DNA of 63,760 bases, taken from the NCBI GenBank assembly GCA_048621635.1, contig JBMCWH010000003.1, positions 1 to 63,760 of the forward strand, written 5' to 3'. Of this stretch, positions 56,067 through 63,760 are shown piece after piece. Made by a program: the position numbers and the translations under genes. How positions within the stretch are numbered: the stretch's first letter is position 1; each line of letters starts with the position of its first letter. Under the pieces are notes generated by a model that saw only the letters and a list, made by a program, of their open reading frames with translations, was not told the DNA's origin and did no database searches. This stretch comes from Patescibacteria group bacterium. GTDB lineage: Bacteria > Patescibacteriota > WWE3 > JAUXAW01 > JAYEID01.

Positions 56067-56945
56067 ATGAGTAAAGTTGCTCTGATTGGAAAACAAGGTC
56101 GGGGGGAAAATATTACCCAAGCTTTAAGTTTGGTGGGGGATAACTTTATCTCCAAATTCCATGCTGCCAAAAAACCCTTAATAAAAGTTAATTTTGTATC
56201 TTCAACCCGACAGTTAGCTGCAACTCATGTGGATGCAGTTCGCACAGTCTTAAATTTCTTGCTTCCTTATACAGATAAAAAAATAACTATTGCGGAAGCG
56301 TCTGTCCGAAATACAAAAACCGGGTTTGAAAATTTTGGTTATACAGAATTGCAAAAAGATTATGAACAAATTGAGTTAGTGGATTTGAATGGTACCCAGA
56401 CAGAAGAGCATGCCGGTTTTTCTTTGTCCAAAATTGTCCTAGATTCGGACTTTCGTATTAGTATTGGTCCTCCTAAGACTCACGACACTACTATAATAAC
56501 CGCAGCAATGAAAAATATGGCAGTGGGATCTATTATTACCGGAGAAGGTGTTTTAGGCAGGCATCTACGTTCTGGTTTCCATCAAGGAAGTTATCGCGAT
56601 TCCAATAAAAGGTTAGTTGATATTTATCAATTTGTTTTCCCCCATTTAGCAGTTGTTGACGGGTTTTTGGGTATGCAAGGTTCCGGACCGTCTAGTGGGG
56701 ACCCTGTGGAATCTGATTGGGCTTTGGTAGGAACAAATGCTGTTGAGGTTGATGCTGTTTGTGCGTATTTGGTGGGATATGCTCCTGAAGATATTGGTTA
56801 TCTTTGGTTTGCGCAGGAGAAAGGTTTGGGAAAAATTGATCTTTCCGAGATTGAGATTGAGGGGGACGAGCCTGAACAGTTAAGGCGAGAATTTGCGAAC
56901 CACCCTAACTACGTATCTGAATTATCTTGGCGAGAGCATGCGTAG
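56067..56945 (+). CDS. DUF362 domain protein
   Basis: IKVNFVS, PKTHDTT, MKNMAVG and VVDGFLGMQGSGP. Confidence 0.7.
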   Translation: MSKVALIGKQGRGENITQALSLVGDNFISKFHAAKKPLIKVNFVSSTRQLAATHVDAVRTVLNFLLPYTDKKITIAEASVRNTKTGFENFGYTELQKDYEQIELVDLNGTQTEEHAGFSLSKIVLDSDFRISIGPPKTHDTTIITAAMKNMAVGSIITGEGVLGRHLRSGFHQGSYRDSNKRLVDIYQFVFPHLAVVDGFLGMQGSGPSSGDPVESDWALVGTNAVEVDAVCAYLVGYAPEDIGYLWFAQEKGLGKIDLSEIEIEGDEPEQLRREFANHPNYVSELSWREHA

Positions 56946-56986
56946 TTGGTAGAGAAAGTCGTTGTGTCTATGTTAGAATTTAGAAA

Positions 56987-57490
56987 ATGCAAATTTTAGA
57001 GGCAATAAAAACAAGGCGAAGTATACGTGCTTTTAAGGAAAAAGATATTTCCGAAGGAGATTTAGATAGGTTGAAAGAAGCTTTGCGTTGGGCACCTAGT
57101 GCCCGAAATTTACAGCCGCGTAAATTTTACTTCGTAATGACTGAGGAAAAGCGTAAGCAATTGGATTCTGCTGTTTCCCAATCTTTTGTTTGTCGCGCGC
57201 CCCTTGTGGTTGTTGCTTGCAGAGATTTGGAAAAAGCTCGCGGAGAAAAAGGCGAGAATTTATATTCTATTACTGATACCTCTTTTTCTCTTCAAAACCT
57301 GGTTTTAGCAGCTTGCGAGCTAGGGCTGGGTACTTGTTATATAGGCGCGTTTAATCGTAAGAAAGTTGCTGAGCTTCTAGATCTTCCTGAAAATCTTAGG
57401 CCTATGCTTCTTGTTCCTGTTGGTTATCCTGCGGAGCAACCCTCTCCTACTTCTCGTGTTCCGAAAGAAGACGCGGTTACAGAACTTTAA
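56987..57490 (+). CDS. Nitroreductase family protein
   Basis: IKTRRSIRAF, APSARNLQP and a typical length of 167 aa. Confidence 0.8.
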   Translation: MQILEAIKTRRSIRAFKEKDISEGDLDRLKEALRWAPSARNLQPRKFYFVMTEEKRKQLDSAVSQSFVCRAPLVVVACRDLEKARGEKGENLYSITDTSFSLQNLVLAACELGLGTCYIGAFNRKKVAELLDLPENLRPMLLVPVGYPAEQPSPTSRVPKEDAVTEL

Positions 57491-57520
57491 GTATGTTTGG
57501 GTTGTGCTAGAATATTTTCA

Positions 57521-58450
57521 ATGCCGGAAACTTATGATTTGATAATAATTGGAGCTGGTCCAGCTGGTTTGGCTGGTTCATTTTACGCATCTCGTTGTTT
57601 TTCCTTAGACACTCTTGTTTTCGATGGCTCTCCGGGAGGACAGATGGCAGAAGCTAGACAACTCGCTAGTTATCCGGGGTTTAAGAACATATCTGGTTGG
57701 GAACTTATGGAGAATATGTTGGAGCAAGCAAAATCTTTCGGTGTAGAAATAAAAACTAAGAAAGTTACTACTGTGAGGGAGCGGGAGGGAGTATTTGTTG
57801 TTTCTACGGAGGAGGAAACTTATCAGGCGAAAACTGTTTTAGTTGCTATAGGAGCTGGCCCTAGGAAATTGGGTGTTCCTGGGGAGGAAGAGTTTATCGG
57901 TAAAGGTATCTCTTATTGTGCGCTTTGTGATGCGCCTTTTTATAAAGACAAGGTAGTGGGTGTTGTGGGGGGAGGGGATAGTGCTCTGGATGGGGCTTTA
58001 GAGCTTTTGGAACACGTGAAGAAGATTTTTTTGATCCATCGCCGGGAAGAATTTCGTGCCAAACCTTTGTTTGTCCAAAAGATTAAGGAAGCTGAAAATG
58101 TTGAATTAGTTTTAAAAAGAAATGTGGTTAGGGTGGAAGGTGAAGAAATGGTAAACAAATTGATTTTGGATATGCCTTATCAGGGAGCTGACTTCTTGAA
58201 GGTGGACGGAGTGTTTATCGAGATCGGTAATGTCCCTGACAGAGAGTTTTTGGAAGATATTGGCTTGGAAACAACTGAGCAGGGATACGTACCTGTTGCT
58301 GAGGACATGCGCACTAATATTGAAGGTATATATTCTGCAGGAGATGTAACCACAGCCTCTAATGGGGTTAAGCAGATTGTTACTGCCTGTAGTGAAGGAG
58401 TGATAGCTGCAAAAAGTATCTATAATTATCTTCGTAAAGAAGGGAGGTGA
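57521..58450 (+). CDS. trxB: Thioredoxin-disulfide reductase (canonical NADPH motifs)
   Basis: GAGPAGL, CALCDA, GGGDSALDGA and HRREEFRA. Confidence 0.88.
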   Translation: MPETYDLIIIGAGPAGLAGSFYASRCFSLDTLVFDGSPGGQMAEARQLASYPGFKNISGWELMENMLEQAKSFGVEIKTKKVTTVREREGVFVVSTEEETYQAKTVLVAIGAGPRKLGVPGEEEFIGKGISYCALCDAPFYKDKVVGVVGGGDSALDGALELLEHVKKIFLIHRREEFRAKPLFVQKIKEAENVELVLKRNVVRVEGEEMVNKLILDMPYQGADFLKVDGVFIEIGNVPDREFLEDIGLETTEQGYVPVAEDMRTNIEGIYSAGDVTTASNGVKQIVTACSEGVIAAKSIYNYLRKEGR

Positions 58451-58458
58451 AAGATATA

Positions 58459-58650
58459 ATGCCAGAAAAAAGAAACTTAACCATAGATCCTGAGAAGTGT
58501 ATTGGATGTGGGTTGTGTGCTACTATTGCGGGCGAAACGTTTAAGTTAGGAGAAAGTGGAAAGGCAATTGTAACTGATTCGGAAGGGAATTCGCGCGAGG
58601 AAATTGAAAAAGCTATTGAGTCGTGCCCCGTAGATGCAATTAGTTGGTAA
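58459..58650 (+). CDS. Small single-cluster ferredoxin
   Basis: 63 aa from the ATG at 58459, which has a GGGAGG RBS. Contains CIGCGLC...CP. Confidence 0.75.
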   Translation: MPEKRNLTIDPEKCIGCGLCATIAGETFKLGESGKAIVTDSEGNSREEIEKAIESCPVDAISW

Positions 58651-58916
58651 CTTTCGTCTCTGTATTTGCTAGATTTTGGTTTTGGGCAAATCCGCATATT
58701 ACAGCTAGTCGTTCGTACTATTAACTGTTGACTGTCAACGGCTGACTGTTATCTGTTACTGATTATTAGTCTCTAATCTCTAATTTTCTAAGTTTCCGTT
58801 TTCCCTCTCGTTCAATTAATCAACTAATCATTTTTTGAGTTGATATAGCTTAACTAGCAAATCGACTAATTTTGTATATCAGTCCAGTTTTTGAGGAATG
58901 GTAGAATAACCTTGTG

Positions 58917-60056
58917 ATGAGAACTGTTTCCCGAGATTCAAAAATAGCAGTGGCAATGAGTGGGGGAGTGGACAGTGGAACTACCGCCTTTCTTTTAGTA
59001 GAAAAAGGATATTCGGTTGCGGGCATATTTATGCAGCACTTAGATGGTATGGAGGAACAGAAGGAAACAGTACAGGCGATGGCGGATAGGTTAGACATAC
59101 CTTTGCAAGTGGTTGATTACAGGGATAGATTTAGGGATTTAGTTGTTGATTACTTTGTTTCTGAATATGCGGCAGGAAGGACACCAAACCCTTGCGTTGT
59201 GTGTAATAGGTATATAAAATTTGGCGATCTTTTACAGGAGACACAACACTTGGGGTGTGATTATCTTGCGACCGGACATTATGCTCGAATCCAAGTTGCC
59301 GACGGCTCGGAACTTGATGCCCGCCAATTTAAACTTTTAATGGGGGAGGACAAAAGTAAAGATCAATCCTATTTTTTGTGGCAGTTGGAGCAAGAACAGC
59401 TTGAACACATTTTGTTTCCAATTGGTGAGATGAGAAAGAAGAGTATAGTAAATATTGCTAAGAATAATAATTTATCTGTTGCACTTAGATCGGAATCTTT
59501 TGAGGTCTGTTTTGTAAAGGATTCCTTGGAAGATTTTTTGAAAGAGCGCATTCCAGAAAAATTTAATCCTGGCCCTGTGTTTGACACTTCGGGCAAAAAA
59601 ATAGGTCAACATTTTGGTTTACCTCTTTATACTTACGGGCAGCGCCGCGGTTTCGAGCTGACGAAATATAAAGGTATCCCTTTGTACGTGGTAGACAAAA
59701 AACCTGAGAAAAATGCTTTGATTGTTGGGCGTGGGGAAGAATCTGAAGTTGCTACATTCAGAGTAGAAGATGTAAACTGGATACGACGATTTGGCAAGGG
59801 TGTTGTTAGGAAAGAAAACAAACGTGATATAGGAGGAACGAAATGCGAAATGCAAAATAAAAGATACGATATGCATGGACATATCAGGATAAGACATCAG
59901 GGTGAACTTTTGCCGGGGAGTATAAATATATTGGAAGGCAACAACGCTGAAATAAATTTAGATACCCCTACTAGCGGGGTGGCTCCAGGTCAAAGCAGCG
60001 TTTTTTATAAGGACGATGAAGTACTAGGTGGAGGTGTTATTACTCAAATTTGCTGA
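58917..60056 (+). CDS. mnmA: tRNA 2-thiouridine(34) synthase MnmA (with a ~25-30-aa C-terminal-domain insertion)
   Basis: PP-loop VAMSGGVDS, NPCVVCN, and the C-terminal APGQSSVFY..LGGGVI. Confidence 0.9.
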   Translation: MRTVSRDSKIAVAMSGGVDSGTTAFLLVEKGYSVAGIFMQHLDGMEEQKETVQAMADRLDIPLQVVDYRDRFRDLVVDYFVSEYAAGRTPNPCVVCNRYIKFGDLLQETQHLGCDYLATGHYARIQVADGSELDARQFKLLMGEDKSKDQSYFLWQLEQEQLEHILFPIGEMRKKSIVNIAKNNNLSVALRSESFEVCFVKDSLEDFLKERIPEKFNPGPVFDTSGKKIGQHFGLPLYTYGQRRGFELTKYKGIPLYVVDKKPEKNALIVGRGEESEVATFRVEDVNWIRRFGKGVVRKENKRDIGGTKCEMQNKRYDMHGHIRIRHQGELLPGSINILEGNNAEINLDTPTSGVAPGQSSVFYKDDEVLGGGVITQIC

Positions 60057-60135
60057 ATAACTGCTAATTTTCTCCCCCTTCTAATTTTTCCCCTTATTGA
60101 TGGGCTGCATTGCGTTTTTTTCTATTTTTGTTCTG

Positions 60136-60164
60136 TTGACAATTCCCCCGTTAGTTGTTACACT
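60136..60164 (+). promoter_or_regulatory. Candidate rRNA operon promoter
   Basis: TTGACA, a 17-nt spacer, then TACACT, about 140 nt upstream of the 16S 5' end. Confidence 0.45.
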
Positions 60165-60268
60165 TTTAGTACATGAATAGGAGGTTGCCTATCTAGTAAT
60201 TATTTAAATATAGATATCCTTCATGGGTTTGTTAAAGCGGCCCTCCTGTTTGTGGGGCCGTTTCTTTT

Positions 60269-60281
60269 TGCCCTTTAACAG
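60269..60281 (+). promoter_or_regulatory. boxA-like antitermination element in the rRNA leader
   Basis: TGCCCTTTAACAG versus the E. coli rrn boxA TGCTCTTTAACAA (11/13). It sits just after a hairpin and T-run in the leader. Confidence 0.5.
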
Positions 60282-60304
60282 TTAAAAAGTAGAAGGAACC
60301 AAAA

Positions 60305-61944
<1,640 letters not shown>

Positions 61945-62246
61945 AAAGGAGTACCTTATAATCTCTTATCCAATCTGAGTTAATTCATATAATCGATCAT
62001 ATGTGAGTTACTGGTGAAGAGAATGGTTTCAATTTTTCACAATTGAAACTGGATCGAGTTTGCTAGATTAGCTTAAATCTAGTACTGACCTGTGATTTTT
62101 CGCAGGTGGCGTTCCTTCTACTTTTTAGCTGTTAAGGCAGAGATTTTTGTCTTTAGAAGATTGAGTTTGTTGAGACCTCCTTCGCTGAAGCTACGGAGGA
62201 CCAATTCAACTAACCAGATTCTAGTAAAAATTTGGAGTTTTATTAG

Positions 62247-62323
62247 GCGCGTGTAGCTCAGCGGCTTAGAGCACTTCTCTGATAAGGAAGGGGTCCGTGG
62301 TTCGAGTCCACGCACGCGCACCA
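62247..62323 (+). tRNA. tRNA-Ile (GAT) in the 16S-23S spacer, CCA encoded
   Basis: GCGCGTG/CACGCGC acceptor, anticodon loop CTGATAA, CGTGG-TTCGAGT-CCACG T arm. Confidence 0.9.
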
Positions 62324-62440
62324 CTTTTCGCTCTTGACGAGCTACGGATGGCCGTCGGCCACCCCGAAGCGAGTCTAAGCGAAGGAGTGTCACTCATAGC
62401 CCTGCCTCGCCGGCAGGTAGGCAGGCTTGGCGAAGGGTGG
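62324..62440 (+). repeat. GC-rich hairpin element following tRNA-Ile (ITS copy A)
   Basis: About 85% identical by eye to 62759-62872. The closing stem pairs CCACTTTTCGC (which includes the tRNA CCA) with GCGAAGGGTGG. Confidence 0.75.
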
Positions 62441-62681
62441 CAAAGCATAGTTTCTCGGAAAATTGCTAATGAAATCTGGATTGTTACAAAATTTAATATT
62501 TACCTTAGCGTTCAGATTCTCCCTAGATTTCCTTTTTTAAGTAATTTTCCGGAACTGAATTCTGATTACCGTTGGGTTGAAGGGTCTCGTTGAGCCTCTT
62601 GGCTCCGGCACGCTTAGCGTGCCTTCGCTCGAGACTAATTCCGACCATCCAAATTTGAAGACGAATTTGGGATTTCATTGA

Positions 62682-62758
62682 GGGGCTGTGGCGCAGTTGG
62701 CTAGCGCACCACATTTGCAGTGTGAAGGTCGTGGGTTCGAATCCCACCAGCTCCACCA
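62682..62758 (+). tRNA. tRNA-Ala (TGC) in the 16S-23S spacer, CCA encoded
   Basis: GGGGCTG/CAGCTCC acceptor with the G3:U70 Ala identity pair, and anticodon loop TTTGCAG. Confidence 0.9.
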
Positions 62759-62872
62759 CCCTTCGCTCTTAATGAGCTACGGGTGGCCTTCGGCCATCCC
62801 AAGTAGCGAGTTTAGACGAGGGAGTGTCACCCATAGCCTTGCCTCGTCGGCAGGTAGGCTTGGCGACGGGTG
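62759..62872 (+). repeat. GC-rich hairpin element following tRNA-Ala (ITS copy B)
   Basis: Homologous to copy A. The closing stem pairs CACCCTTCGC with GCGACGGGTG. Confidence 0.75.
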
Positions 62873-63032
62873 ACCGAAAATGTTTGTGCGAAACAAGTTG
62901 AGTTATTTAAGCAGCACATTTTAGCCTGCGATGTATATCGCTGGTTGAATTTTGCTACTTGTGTGGCAATCTACTTCGCACTTTGAAAACTAAATAGCAG
63001 GAACGAATATGCAAAATCCGTATAGAATACTC

Positions 63033-63760
<728 letters not shown>

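Overview
This window is a co-linear chromosomal segment of about 40% GC. It most likely comes from a Candidate Phyla Radiation (Patescibacteria, Microgenomates-like) bacterium. That assignment is an inference from three things: a divergent 16S rRNA gene (for example GTGCCAGCAGCAGCGGTCAAAC at the universal 515 site), rRNA insertions, and the overall gene content. The window opens with dnaG-rpoD and tRNA-Asn. Next comes an AT-rich stretch of small membrane ORFs that holds two gene remnants, a SAM-methyltransferase motif fragment and the 3' third of metK. A roughly 10.7-kb co-directional metal/redox supercluster follows: DUF134, two NifX-like proteins, MinD-type Fe-S ATPases, a CDF exporter fused to a NifX-like domain, ArsR, a TrxR-like enzyme, two thioredoxins, a zinc ribbon protein, GDH, an ABC ATPase, a GTPase with an Fe-S domain, and YibE/F. 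A four-gene minus-strand cohesin/dockerin surface-protein operon comes next. After it lie lepA, tRNA-Ile(UAU), a P-type ATPase, a Xer recombinase, ftsB, and a LAGLIDADG-like ORF wedged between tRNA-fMet and tRNA-Met. Housekeeping genes follow (ddl, ftsH, 5'-3' exonuclease, mutM, recF, thpR, Fic, ATP-dependent DNA ligase, fba, rnhB, mnmA), together with a second redox module. The window ends in an rRNA operon (16S, tRNA-Ile, tRNA-Ala, partial 23S). The most unusual signals are non-coding. One ORF-less element of about 160-180 nt is inserted in both the 16S and the 23S gene. GC-rich hairpin modules trail the tRNA genes. A family of word-like repeats fills many intergenic regions downstream of + strand genes and may also sit in frame inside mnmA. 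All protein calls rest on motif recognition by eye, and no database search was run.
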